A stretch of DNA of 17,802 nt from Selaginella moellendorffii. Taxonomy: Eukaryota > Plantae > Lycopodiophyta. Below, piece after piece: positions 17,036 to 17,802 of this stretch (its first letter is position 1; each line of letters opens with the position of its first letter). The stretch lies in assembly GCF_000143415.4 (NCBI RefSeq), contig NW_003314336.1, positions 29,266 to 47,067 on the forward strand. The letters are read 5' to 3'. The position numbers and the translations under genes were made by a program. The notes beneath the pieces are model-generated. The model made no database searches and was not told the origin of the DNA. It saw nothing but the letters and a program-made list of their open reading frames with translations.

Positions 17036-17802
17036 TAAGCACAAGCATCTCTATATATCATATATGGCTGAAATGTATCAAGAATACCACTAGTGTGGCT
17101 GTGAGCACAACTTTAACCTTCCCAAACTTGCCTAGGCTTGTTGGGACCATGAAAAGTCCTAGTGTTAATGTGTCACAGATGCATTAATAAGTAAGAATCC
17201 TTACACAAAGTGACAATAGTAATTTCTAAATCCTAAGAAACATGCAACTGTTAAAGATTCTTTGACACTATAAGAGGTTACTACCTCAATCTTTTTAGAA
17301 CCTATTGCCACACCTTTCAAAGAGATAACATATCCAAAATATTCCACCTTGTCCTTCAAGACCATAGTCAAAGATGACAGATAATAATTTTTTCAGCCCA
17401 ACAAAGTCTATGTACCAAGGATGAGTTGTATTGGTGAGCACCCTTTTTGGGAAACTTTGTACAAACAATAAAAAGAATGACTTAAGAGACGGCATATTGG
17501 GTTCAAAGTTAGAGAGAAAGGGCCCATTATAAGACATAAATCCCTGTGCCCCAAATTGGAGCAAAAAAAGTGCCACATAGTAGTGGTTGAAGTGGAAGTC
17601 CAACAAGCGTAACATGTTTGGACCAAAAGCTTTGACATGAAAGGTCGAGAGTGGGAGTGGAACCCTAAATAAAGTGCTCTAGGAATGAGCACAAAACAAT
17701 TGGTGAATGAGTCTCTAAAAAGGGACACAAGGACTGACACATAGTAAGTGTTGTGACACATGGAAGTGTTAGAAATGAGTCTAAAAAGAGTTGAGAAGGA
17801 GT
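17036..17802 (-). mobile_element. Decayed Ty3/gypsy pol remnant (protease/RT/RNase H start), probably the 5' part of element B
   Basis: Minus strand: KDKVEYFGYVISLKGVAIGSKKIEVV (~17358-17280), FLGFRNYYCHFV, FSWS..LK, and a ..RDA RNase H start near 17045. Upstream are HPW..KK..IFDY (RT motif 1-like) and weak protease-like residues. The order RT-RH-(element C)-INT-LTR fits one minus-strand element. Confidence 0.75.

Overview
Eukaryotic land-plant genomic DNA with very short GT-AG introns (about 45-66 nt) and a flagellar gene. This points to a lineage with motile sperm, most plausibly a Selaginella-like lycophyte (inference only). The core is one apparently intact, intron-rich + strand gene at 4886-11628 encoding the axonemal WD40/coiled-coil protein CFAP43 (WDR96), with 32 visible exons and one assembly gap. 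Left of it lie an intron-retaining pseudogene of XAP5 CIRCADIAN TIMEKEEPER/FAM50 (about 516-2132), a decayed Ty3/gypsy element with 5' LTR and PBS (2736-3625), a probable minus-strand LTR remnant, a three-exon fragment of a Sec1/Munc18 (KEULE-like) gene (4006-4322), and an unidentified spliced-looking minus-strand segment head-to-head with CFAP43. Right of it lie an unexplained CpG-rich region with an ACGT palindrome cluster and a stack of three decayed Ty3/gypsy LTR retrotransposons (12711-17802). Most ORFs in the supplied track are exon read-throughs, N-gap artefacts or TE debris. I see no evidence of a wholly new multi-gene system. The best leads are a PKA-consensus (RRxS) cluster in this plant CFAP43, the unrelated gene fragments, and the unexplained flanking segments. 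Protein family assignments come from recalled motifs, not from database searches.
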